Shown here in pieces: positions 1 to 12,211 of a DNA stretch of 64,000 bases (position 1 is the stretch's first letter; every line of letters starts with the position of its first letter). The DNA is from Phoronis australis (taxonomy: Eukaryota > Animalia > Phoronida), in NCBI GenBank assembly GCA_002633005.1, contig NMRA01000300.1, positions 10,336-74,335 on the forward strand, given 5' to 3'. The notes under the pieces are model-generated. The model was given only the letters and a program-made list of their open reading frames with translations, was not told where the DNA came from and made no database searches. A program made the translations under genes and the position numbers.

Positions 1-30
<30 letters not shown>

Positions 31-32
<2 letters not shown>

Positions 33-220
33 TGCTGTCAGAGCAACATACTTGGCGGAAGAATTCCGCCAAGTAAAAAAAAAACTTGCTGTCAGAGCAA
101 CATACTTGGCGGAAGAATTCCGCCAAGTAAAAAAACTTAGTGGAAGAGCAACATACTTGGCGAAATTTATGTTGCTCTTCCACTAAGTTTTTTACTTGGC
201 GAAATAAATTTCGCCAAGTA
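31..220 (-). mobile_element. Stacked 5' termini of Helentron-associated (HINE/DINE-1-like) non-autonomous elements
   Basis: Repeated unit cttgctgtcagagcaacatacttggcggaagaattccgccaagta followed by an A-run (31-74, 85-129), with variants to 220. Each unit carries the hairpin tacttggcg(g/a)aa...tt(c/t)cgccaagta. On the minus strand this reads T-run, subTIR, inverted copy, spacer, T-run, which is the known HINE 5' architecture. The family assignment is inference. Confidence 0.55.
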
Positions 221-1332
221 ATGAAAGCGCTCTGAGGAGCGAAACTTGGCGAAATTAACCAAAAAAAAACCACGTTAGAGATGACGAGAAAAGACGACGA
301 CAGAGACGAAGACGAAGATGACAGCTATGACGACGATGGTGGCGATGATGGACAACCGTAGTTATGATATCATTCATATAACGAACGTAGAGGTCAGAAA
401 TCACTAAGAAATAGGCTACAGTCTTGAGCGACACTTGGCGAAATTAACTGAAGAGAAGACGACGTCGGAGATGATGACGAAGATGACGAATATGATGATG
501 GTGGTGGCCGTGATGAAGAACATAACATTCATATGACGAATTTAGATGTCATAAATCGTTAAGAAATAGGCTGCAGTCTAGTTCAATAGAAGCTAAACCA
601 ACCTGAATGCAGCAAGGGCGCTCAACAAAGGAGAAGCGTTATCACAAAATCACAAATAACTCAAAAAGTAGACGTCGTAGAGAACAATGGAAAGCATCTT
701 CTGAAAGCCCGTTCAAAGTTCTATCTAAACTGATGGTATCGCCTAATTCCGTAAATTTTTCGAAAAAAATGAAATTTTGCGTTTTTTTTAAGAATTTCAA
801 AGTCAAATAACTCAAAAACGGTAAGTCTGAGAAAAAATTGTTTCAAACCATTTGAAAGAATGTACTTTAAAGAATCTACATGCAAAAATCATGTCTTTTT
901 CTCTTTCCGTTTAAAATTGCACTCCAGACGACTGAAAATGGGTCAACATGCGCCAGATCCGCCATATTGAAAGTAACTCCCGGTTTTTTGGCTTTGTATA
1001 ATAGCATGTCGTGAGAAACTAATACCTGTAAAAATTCAAAGGAATTGGTCTGATAATGCGCCCTCTAGAGGAGAAAACGTTTTTAGGCGAAAATCGAGGT
1101 GCGCATGCGCAATCGCCGATATTTCCGCCATCTTTAACCGAAAGTGAACAATTTCCGGAATACTTGTAGCAAACTTCAGGTCCATTTACTGTGCCGATTC
1201 TTAGCCTGTTACGTAAAAAATTGTAGCCTCCAGAAGCATTTGAACATTTAAATGGAAACAATATGGCCGCCAGGGCCGCCATCTTGGATTCAATATTGAC
1301 GAAAAACAATAGGCTTCCAGTACTTCCGGAAG
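221..1332 (-). mobile_element. HINE/Helentron-like element, 3' portion with internal ~190-bp tandem duplication
   Basis: The minus-strand 3' end has subTIR ttcgccaagt followed by a short stem-loop (cgctc-tgag-gagcg at 228-241) and then TT, as in Helentron 3' ends. The unit acttggcgaaattaac...aagaaataggct(a/g)cagtct occurs twice (~244-424 and ~433-579). The boundary at the high-coordinate side is uncertain. Confidence 0.45.
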
Positions 1333-1341
1333 TACGTGTTA

Positions 1342-4300
1342 CAGCACACATCACGAATTTTTGGCCGCCCGGTCGGAAATTGGTCGACGACCAGCCGTCG
1401 ACCGGTCGTCTAATTTGCCGACCGGTCGGCTAAAAATTAGCCGACCTGCAGCCGCCCGCAGTGCCGACTCATAAGGCGACTCCCCAGCCGACCCTTCAGC
1501 CGACCCTTCAGCCGACCGGCCATCAGCCGATCAGATGGTCGGCTGCTATTTTTAGGCTAGAGTAGCAGTTGCGTAATAGGTTGTCAGGCTGATACCTCTT
1601 TGCGTGTCGATGCATATTTGTCTTAGCACAGGGTCAAATAAATTAACCTAGTTTTACTGTCTCGGTTACATGAGTTCACGTCGGTTGTGTAACACCACTA
1701 AAGTGAATGTTGAAGGCAAGCGGTAATAGTAAACATTGGATTATGGACAATGCAACAAGTTTTGGATAAAAAAGATGAACGTTTTTCTTTACATTTGATC
1801 TTTAATTTGACTCCTGACGTTAACAAGATGTATTAGATCGGTTGCTTCCCGGTCAATACAACGCTGTATTCATTTTGTAAACGCAGCTATTTTAGCAGTC
1901 TTCGCCCGCATTTGATTTCAAGTTGTTTGTGTAACGCCAAACTGCATCTTTTTGCGTTTTTTAAGTTAGTCACCGGTCACCTGTCACGCGCCCATGATGA
2001 TGGATTAGTGAGTGAGTTCTTACACCGCGAAAAGCTCTCACTCCAGGGATTTTATTTTCATAGTATTGACCCTTGCAGTACAGACGCGATATTCACGGTC
2101 CAGTATGCCCTAAACCCACGGACTTCGATGGCTCTAACTTCGAAATCATATTATGGTTACGATTTCCACGAACTAAGACGGTGACATCGCCACTGTTGAG
2201 GCTACAGCAAAGTAGCCTTGCGCATTCCGTTTTCAGGGTATCGGTGACGTTAAAATCTGGGCTAGCAGTTACATGTATACACGTAGTAGTCCCCTGGCTA
2301 TCAGTTGGTCGTTCACGTTTTTCCAAAAATAAATATTTTCTGTCAACAACTTATTGACAAATTATGCAAAATAAAACAATTGTGAACGGCAAGATGTGAA
2401 TACGTGGTGAAGAGGTATTTGTCTCTACGCGGCACAGGTGCGTGAAACTTTGGTAAAGCGATTGCGATGGCAAAAAAATGATAGAAAATACACAAAGGTG
2501 CACTTTTGAGAAGCAAAGCGTCTGGTGATCTTGACAGCGTACATGTATGATCTGGCCACCTCAGGTAGTAAGTGACGCTGAATGAGAAGTGGTAACTACA
2601 TGTTTGGCGCGAAAATAAAAAAATCATGCTTGTATTGCCAGCCACCCCCCTCCCCGAATTTTGCACATTCTAATGAGTCACCACTCGAGATTTGGTTCCG
2701 TTTCAGTCCTAAAATCGCATAATAATTCTGTGCTCAGCTGTAAGAAAAAATACAATTTTTTGAAACGGTGCTCAGTCTTAATAAAGTTTCCAGCATGAGA
2801 GCGCTTTGATCAGAAATGCCAAGCACACGCAGAGTTGTAAGACAGAGACGTTGGCGTTTCCGTATGTCCACAAAAGTGCTTTGAGCAGTGTGTACAAATT
2901 TGTTCATTTCGCTTTTCTGCACTGACGACTATGATCAACACGGTGTTTTAACTACACTTTTGAGTGCATTTTCAAAAATAAATGTTTGGTTGGTGAATTC
3001 AGCGAGTCGGTGCCCACGGGCAGGAAAACGTATCTGCGTAAATAAAGAGTTGCGTTTTCAAAACATTCAGAGCATGAGCTCAAGGACTACCTGAGACAGA
3101 AAATAAAACCGATTACCAAACAGAAACTTGTCCAATGAATATATAGCTCTTGGAAAACTGTTACCCCGAAGAAATGTGCAAAATACGAACGTCGTTTACG
3201 AAAGATTGTACCAGAAGTGATTCGTTGCAGTGGAGCCGCACGGGATAGTAAAAACACTGTGCTGTGCACTAGTTACCTGAATGGAAAGCTGAAGCGGAAA
3301 AATCCAGAACACACATTTTCTATTCAGGAATTGAAATCTCTGTAGAATCAAAAACAATTGGCAACCAGGATTTATTGCGTTAGAAAACTTATCACGCCCG
3401 GAGAGAATTGTTTTCATGCCCGGAGACTACGTGATCACCCATTATGCAATGATGACAATCCAGTGTGTACCTATACATTGGCATCTATTGTAAAACGTGG
3501 ATTAGACGAAAGAAATTCAACCGCATTTCGAAGATAATATATCTGTTGTCGGCGAGAGGTTGAATATATAGCCCTTGTTTAGTATAGTACGGACAGTATC
3601 ACTTTGAAAGATCAATGCTTGGGGATGGTGACGTGGTGTTCTGGCGTGAAAGTTACTGACATGGTAAGTTTTTGAACCTGACTTATTAAATTTTCAGTTC
3701 GGTCGTATTTTATTTTGATCCTGAAGTGAAGAATTTTTGGTCCTCACTTGATAAATTATAGGTGCTGATGTGATAAATTTTCAGTCTTGACGTGGTGAAT
3801 TTGGTCTTTATTAGCTCTTTGGTCTTCTATGTGAAAACAATCTCAATGTATTGGATTGTTTTTCATTCCTGCTTAAGTAAAATGTCTGGTTTTGAGATAT
3901 TTACTTTTGGTCCTGGAGAGTTTGCATGTTTTGCTTGGTTTTAATCATGCATAGAAAAGATATGTCCTTAAATGTTTAAAATTAGGCCTCCCATAAATGG
4001 GGAGAGAGCAAGTTATGTAGCATCGTACTATGTAACTTCTAATATAAATCTAGGTGTTCGTGATTTAGTAATACTATGAAAAATGAGTAGTTATGACTAT
4101 GAAAAATGAGTAGTTGAGGCTTCTTTTGAAATACTGTATCCTTTGCATATGCCTGGTGTACATGGCTCAGTGTGATATTATCTAAGCTTTATTATCGTCT
4201 ATGGCTTAACAACTATATATCTTCATTCATGCCTAGAGGTACTCCCAGGATCATCAAGCATGCCTGTGTATGTTTTTATTCTAATGAGGCGTGCTTCGAA

Positions 4301-6509
4301 TGTACAATTAGTAATTATACTTTTGCAGTGGTTCATAACAAACGGATTCATTAAACCCAGTAAATATTTTTGCAACTGCTGACTCTGCATATCAGACGTG
4401 CATATTGCATCATACCTCATCAGAGTAAAACTTGTTATCAATCATAGTAGTCATTGCCACAAGACGTTAACAAACGCAGTGAGTGTCTGTAACTGTTGTG
4501 TCTAGATTGCTGATGAACTAAAGTCGGTCTACATGTATTTCCATTTTTATATCACTGATTCATGCCAAAGGTTTGAAATTGCGCCCCTTTAAGAGTTTTG
4601 ACTTGCCCTGTGATCACTAGAATCCGATGCAATAAACTTATAGAAGTTGTTTTTTAACCAGTGTAATATAGCTGAAAATTGTGTGCGTTTTCGTTTGCGA
4701 GAGTGTTCTTTTTGAATCAATGGGTTAATCATTTTACGCTCTACATGAAAACACAGACTACTTTTTTAGGATTACATGTACCAGGTTACCCCGAAAATAT
4801 TATTTTCAAAGTTTTACCCCTTGGAGTATACGCGAAACGCCAAGTATTGTGTTCTTACGCGAAAGGGCTCGGAAGGCTGTAGCCTTGGTGCGAAGCTGTT
4901 TACTAAATTAAATATACAAATTTGCGCCATTGTGGGTAAAAACTGACCGAATAAAATCTTCCTAGAGTAAACTAAATTATTTACCAGCGTTGCAAAAAAT
5001 GGTTTTCTACAATTATTCTGCTGCTAAAGTTATGTTGTGATCTTATGCGTCGACTTTCGCCCCAATGAAATATTGCGTCACCTTTTAGCCAGTTTCTTTT
5101 TCCCAGATTCTCCAATCAAACGTTCTCCCTCGAGGTTACGTAAACGTCACAACAAATGATCAGAATTGGTTTCACTTCATTATATGTTTTTGGAATTTTG
5201 ATATCAGTGAACCGAATTTTAGAACAAATTTTGCTGAGATGTGTTCATCATCTAATGGGAGATGTTGAAAACATTTTGGAAGTGGCGCGTGTCACAATGA
5301 ACTTTTTTCAAAACGACGATATACGTTTTTTCGTTAAAAAGGCAGAGAATTACGCAAGAAGATGACGTCGGATGTTTCTCACTTAAACGGCCGTAACGGG
5401 CAACTTGAATGCCAATTGACTTCCAGATTTTGCATGCACACCCGCCAGTCTTGAGCTCATGTTGATACAAGCTTTTCGACGAGGTGACAAACGTAACTAT
5501 CCGGGCTGTGTGAAGTATCGAGGTCTGTTTGGTCTCAATAAGCAGTGGCACCTTGCTGTATTTTGAAAATAGTCTTCATGCAACTAGCTGGCTACATAGG
5601 AAGGCTCTAGTTTCGAAAAGATGTTTTACTGCGAAAGTGACAACAATTTCTGAATGATGATGGATGATGGATGACACTATAAACCGATCAGTCTTCCGTT
5701 TTCATGCCGCCCATGATTTAATATCGGCGCTATGTTCAAACCATTGTTTATGTTGTTTCTGAAATAAAATTGGGTTCTATTGCTGTACCAACATATTAAA
5801 AAATTATGCAGAAATAAGCAATAATTATCTGTGGTAAATCGCAATATACAGCGTGATGAAGTGGTGATCAAGAGCAATAACGGATGAGCGCAAATGCGTG
5901 ATGCTTGTTGAGCATTCCGCTGCATGAAAACACTTGAGGTAGTAAAATATCCAGTGTTGTATTCTGATTTTTATGCAATTTTAGAGTAAATTTCAAATTC
6001 CGTGCTTGTTTTTCTGCAAAATGTACTGTATAAAAAGTCTCATATCTAAATTTAGAAATTATACTTCCGCGATATCACTTAACGTTTGATTTTACCACGC
6101 CATCGTTAATTCAACATAAGGTTTTAGGCTGGTGTAATGTCACGCACTTCGTATTTGTAGGTTGATTCGATTTTATTTCCTTTCAATAGTTGTACCAAAG
6201 TTTATAAACCGATGTCAAGACCTGAGTTGCCAGCGGTGAACGAACAGCGAACAGTAAAATGTTTGTTTGGCCAAAGTTCACTCGTTAATTCATAAAATGG
6301 TAATTGCCGACCAAGGACACGCTTAATCCGAATTGGTCGTCTACGCTAGGCGACCACTTAGCCGACCCAAGTGCCGACCACAGAGGCGACTCAGTAGAAG
6401 GCTCCTAGCCGACCGTTGTTGGTCGGCTGCTGGTCGGCTAGACGACCGGTCGACGGCCGGTCGTCGACCAATTTCCGACCGGTCGGCCAAAAATTCGTGA
6501 TGTGTGCTG
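1342..6509. mobile_element. 5.2-kb non-autonomous TIR DNA transposon with 9-bp TSD (Mutator/MULE-like by TSD length)
   Basis: The left end cagcacacatcacgaatttttggccgcccggtcggaaattggtcgacgacc is the near-perfect reverse complement of the right end (about 6460-6509). It is flanked by the identical 9-mer tacgtgtta at 1333-1341 and 6510-6518. Subterminal arrays of gccgac/gtcggc extend about 200 bp at both ends. No transposase ORF is visible. Confidence 0.9.
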
Positions 6510-9454
6510 TACGTGTTAGGCGGCGTAGTGTCAACCATTAGCAGATTACAACAGACGGTTAAAAAGCCAAGTCTGCAGTGGATTGCCTTTTAGATGCCGT
6601 AGTTTACTCATTTGGAACCACATACCCAAGTGCATTTATAAGCTCAGCAGCAATGTACGACTAGACATTCGGATGGGTGACTTGTGATTGGCCATGGAAC
6701 TAGCAACACAAATCAAGGTGTCTTCGCATTAACGTTCACTAGAAGCACTGGTCTAAGGCTGGTCATTGCGTCAAGGCGAACAGTGCAGCGTCGATAACGG
6801 AGTGTTGAGAACAAAAAATCGTTGACGGAGTTGAGACTACTGGGAAAGTATTTTACATTACAACTTAATCATTATCAAACTCCCAGTCTCACTGGATGTG
6901 TGTATTATCTATCAACTTAACGTATAAAAGGAACTGGACGGTTTGGACAAGCAAGGAGTGATTCCTGCACTATTACCGAGGTAAGATTTATTGCCGGTTG
7001 TAAAAAACGGTCGCTAAACGAACATTACAAAAAAGTTTTCTTAGACTATTTTGTTCCGTTGTAAGAATTTCATATACTGTGGTCTCAATATAGATTAGTT
7101 TCAAAGACGATACACAACTTGGTACTAGCCATGTCTACAGGAAACAAGAATTCTTGATAAATGCACGAGATCCCGAGGTAAAACAGAGGTTCATAGAAAC
7201 TGAATAGTTCCTAAATTACGTGACCAACAAATATATATTTTTATATTTATAAACCTGCGAACAACGCACACAAACTGCTCGTATTTCTTCTCAATGACGT
7301 ACATGTACACTATAATTCATTTTGTGTGTGTCATATTGAAGGTTTTACTACCCACTGCATGTTTTCAACAAATTCACTTTTTAAATGGATCGGCGGGTAT
7401 TGTACAGTTGTATCGGAAACGTTCCACGTGTAATAAACTGACCCACTTGCATCGTATCAATAATTGGCAGACTTTATGTCATGGTCCGCGACTGAAGTCA
7501 TCCATCGGGTCTTTTTACACAACTATACGACAAACAAGAAATGTTGTTTTTAATTAAGGAATTGATTTGAATCACGTTATGACACGTTTATTGTGCGGAT
7601 TATTTATGACATCGTTTCACTTGTCAGTGCCATCTGAGATGTTTACATTCATCAGAATATCAAACAGTGAATAATTTCCAAGCTCATGCACACACGGTAC
7701 TTCGCTTCTATTAATAACTGCAATGTTTGACTGTTGCCGCACAAAAAAGACGTTCACCCTACTTACCTAAATTGAACAGGTTGATATTGTAATTCATCGA
7801 TGTACTGTACTACATCAGTTAATTAGACTAAGAGGAAAAGAGGGTGGCACATTTGGCACACTCACCCTGTATAGTAATAATGCGTAAAGTAGGGGTGTCT
7901 CATTTGACTCACCCTGTATATTAGTTGTACACGTGCATTGTTGTTTTTATGGAAAGGAAAAGAATTATGCAATACGATAATTACGAAATGAGTTATGAGG
8001 GCCACCAGCAAGAATCAAATGAGCAATTGTTCGGTTTAATCACGCTATAAGAAAATGACTAATTGGTTGCTATTGAAGTGAAGGCGAAACGGTCATATCT
8101 TATTAAAGGTTGAAGGTATGGGTTATAGACCTCTTGTAACAACGTCTTCTTTTGCATAGCCTTTGTCTCCTTCTCATTTTTCTCCTTCGTCTTCTTTTTG
8201 TTTAAACACCATAATTCGTTGAATTGACGGAAATAGCAAATGTCACTTTGGGAACAGCTACAGAATGGATAAATACGGGTTGGCATTTGTAATACTTATC
8301 TTTGAGAATGAGTTATGCTGCTGCTGATCCTGTGCTGGAGAACAGCGACATAGCAAGCTGTTCCAATATCTACAGGTATTACATCACTCTAAATTGTGAA
8401 AGTAAACCGAAAGAAGCTAGGGCGGGCATTCTTCTGAGTTTGAACAAAAACAGGGGTGGGGCGAATACGCAGGGTGATCGTAAATGTTTAAAGAATATTC
8501 TGAAATATGCATACCAGAAAATGGTTTTATGGGGAACTAAAGGTGTTTGTTTTTCGTGTACCAAGAATCCCAAAAAATCGTCATGAAGAAACAGAAGTTA
8601 AGAAAATATTCCAGAGTTGACTTTAATTGCAGACAGACGACGAATGGATTTTCCAGTCTCTGCACAACGTACAGTGTACTCTCTTTGAGTACTCGCTTGC
8701 TACCCAGAACGAGTATTAAAACTGAGTGCAATTTCCAAAACATAGAAACAAGTTGTTTTAATTGACCACGTACTAAATTGACCATGGCACCGTCCACTCC
8801 ATGAAGTGACTCAGCCCAAGACAAACAAATATGACGGCAGCAAGTAAAAAGGTGTATTTTAGGACATTTCGCTTTAAGAAAATAAATGCAGGACGATTTT
8901 GAATTATTTTGCTTTTTAAGTCGTCATTTAGTTGTAAATTCAAGGACGACGACTGGCCATCGAATCTGAAGTAAATTCCGCTAAACGTTTATGTTCGAGT
9001 TGAACCGTTTTGAGGAAAGCTGTGGTGATCTAGAGCCAGAGAGTGCAGCGGCATTCGTCGGGCAGAGGCCAAACTTGGGCCGAGGACAAAAGCGTCAAAT
9101 TTTAGGGAATAGTTGCACCACGTGCACTTAAAAAAATAATAATAAAATTGCTAAGTGTACCAAAGTATTGAGTAATTGCTTCAACACCGAAAAACTTTTT
9201 ACGGGTCAGTTTTGCCTCTTTTTGCGAAATTTTGAGAAGTCAGTTGCGAACAGTTGGAGAATATCGAGGATATAAAAGTACAAAATGGCCGCCTTACAAA
9301 CTGTAACTCTACATGAACTCTTCGAAGTACAGGTAGGTCACAAAACTGCCAATTTGGGTGCATGGTTTCAAAGCAATGATAAAAGATGAAATTCTCAAAT
9401 AAAGAACGGGGCAAGCACAACGAGTTTATCAACCGGGATAAGTATTCCCGGGGT

Positions 9455-9778
9455 ACCCTTTCCAAACGCTGTAACTCCATTCAAGAGTATATTAAATGCA
9501 AGCTGTTACATGCTTGTAAGTCACTGTAATATATTACTACAATACTTTATACACCGTAACACTTTTCAACAAGCCTACAAGCTGAATATAAGCGAAAATA
9601 TTGGCAACAAGAGTTAACATCGACTTGATCCTGAAGCCCTCTGTAACAAGCATGTAAGACTCGTTGAAGAGTGTTACGGTGTATAATGTATTGTAGTAAT
9701 ATATTACAGCGAGCTGCAAGCATGTAACGACTTGCATTTAATAGACTCTTGAATGGAATTACGGCGTTTGGAACGGGT
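9455..9778. mobile_element. Foldback MITE (~320 bp, long TIRs)
   Basis: accctttccaaacgctgtaactccattcaagag...caccgtaacact is inverted by agtgttacggtg...ctcttgaatggaattacggcgtttggaacgggt, giving arms of about 120 bp. The TSD is not clean (ta versus tt). Confidence 0.85.
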
Positions 9779-12211
9779 TTGTGAAAACACTGGTTCAGTC
9801 CTTTCTCATGCTGAATGACCCTCAATAAGTTAAGTCACTGTTTGGCTTTGATACATGTACAAATCAATAGCGAACTCTACCTTGAATTCACAATATCATT
9901 GGAAATGCACGGTAAATAGGCGGGATCTTTTCATGCAACGCTCCTAATTTTAGGACTAAGTCCCTTAATTAATTCGATTGAATTAATGGCTCAGATTTTA
10001 GTAATGTTATTAGACAATGTAATTAGTCCAAGAGGGTCTCATAACAAAGGTAAAATCACAGAAAATATAGACTACTGCATCTGTGAGCAAATAATGAAGC
10101 ATATACGCAAAAGATTTATGGAACTTAGATGAGCCCTTATTTTGCGACTGAATCTGCAGGTCGTCAATGTGACCTCAGATTATGTTTGTCGACCAGGAAA
10201 AATTCTCAAGTCGCCATTGTGAGTATCAAAAGTCAGACAATAACTCCCCGAAATTTGTTTCAAAGTTTGTGTTGAGTTACAAATTTAAATTACTAAAAAT
10301 TTCTCTCGATATTTTTACCTTTGGTTCAAAATTTTTCATTTTATTTCGTGAAATCAGTGCAATTGCTATCTCAGCAATTCGCACACATCAAACAAGCGCT
10401 TAACTTACAACAGGAAATAAACGTACGGAAGTGGGATTGTGCGGCAAAAATCGGAAGGAAATGAGTTGGAGAATGAATTTACGGTGAGATGGGGAAATAT
10501 TGAAGACACCACGTAAGAATCTGTGAGTGGAGTACGGTACGACCTATTTAAGTTGACGAATTGGACTCCGGGTTTGGGGACCTTGGATCAGATTGATTTC
10601 ATTTGACGATCTAGGACTTTCAGCTTTGTCGACCTGAGATTTTCGCCAGGTCACCAAATGCGACCTGGCGTTAAGCTAAGCGTCAACTTGAAGCGCGTTG
10701 CTAGTTTCTATCAACAATGTTCACGTTCAACACTTTTCGTGTGACCTCGCTCTGACATGCTGGAATCACCCGGGGACATTTTTCAGATATATTTTTGCAT
10801 TTTACCATTTTTGGAAATGGAATGAACTCTGATCCCACAAGTAATGGATCAGGATATCGGCTGCCGGACTTCACACTCAACATCCAGTATCACATTTTCG
10901 CCCCTTTGCATTGAGTTTCAAGCTTTGAACACAAAGATGTATCAGACGTTTATTTACGTCATGTGACCGCACTCTGATTGGTCTATGAGGCTACTTATAT
11001 TGGTGGGTAGTGATCGCTGCCTAGATGCTTCACCTTTATTGTCCTCGGTATTTCCCTAAATACCACAGCGCCCTCTGTATGATACTAGACGTAACACAGA
11101 TGTGCACAGCTGATGTGTAAATTATTATTTTATATCATCACTTCGACATCCATCTTTCTATTAATAATAATCATCAACTTTTTCATAGTGAGCTGAAACG
11201 CTGACAAAAAAAAAAACAAAATAGAAAGCAAAATGGGGTGCAACACTGAAATGTTTTTCACTGAATCACCCTTTTGGAAGTGTCGGTGATATAAGGCGGA
11301 GGTTCGAACTGAATTGGACGATGCTTGAAAGCACGAATCTTGGAAATTATATTTTCAAATTAATCCTATCAATTCGCTAGTAAATCATACTATCAAGCTG
11401 TGAGTGAACCAGTGTACTTCGTGGTACTGAGGCATCCAGTGTCTGAATGATGCCGATGGATGACACCTCGATAATTATCGATTTTGTTGTGCAAAGGGCA
11501 GAACAGTTAGATAAGGAAAAATTTGGCGAAGAGGTTCATTCAAATAAGCTTTCCAAATTTGAGAGGTTTTGAAAAAGTTGGTTTCATGTGGACTCGTCTT
11601 TGATAAATGTGCCTTACTCTTTAACTGTGGCTTTTATAAACATTTATTTGTAATTTATGTTGCCATTTTCCCTCAAAATGATTATATGGTGTCCTTCTTG
11701 AAACTGAAAGAAGTATTGTTTCACTCGGAAAGGTGGTTGACACGTCCACGAGTATTACCTTTGTAACGTTTCGACTCGTTCGAACGCAGGAGTCACCTCA
11801 CTAATTTGGTTTCATCAGTTAGTAGTGAGTGTTCACCTAGCTGGGTTGGCTGTAGCGAAGAAGGGTGTGATACAATTGTTAATCAAACATGATATTTTTA
11901 AGTAGGAAAAAAAAGAAGAGAAGGGGCCGGATAACGTTCAAGTAAATAATGTAACAGCGACAACAACAACCAAATAGCAACTGCGGTAACTCGGGTGTTA
12001 GCAACTGTGTGAGTTGTACACTTGTAACGGCAGGGAACGTTCAAAATGGTTGTAAAATAGAAACATATGGCGCGAATACTTTTGACTAATTCAATAATTT
12101 GGATTATCCAACTGTCGAAAAACATTCAAGTGAAAGAATAAAAAGGTGCAAAAAATCTGATAAAATTTCTCTTTTATTCAAGTACGAGATTACTAGTTGA
12201 TTTGAGCTTAA

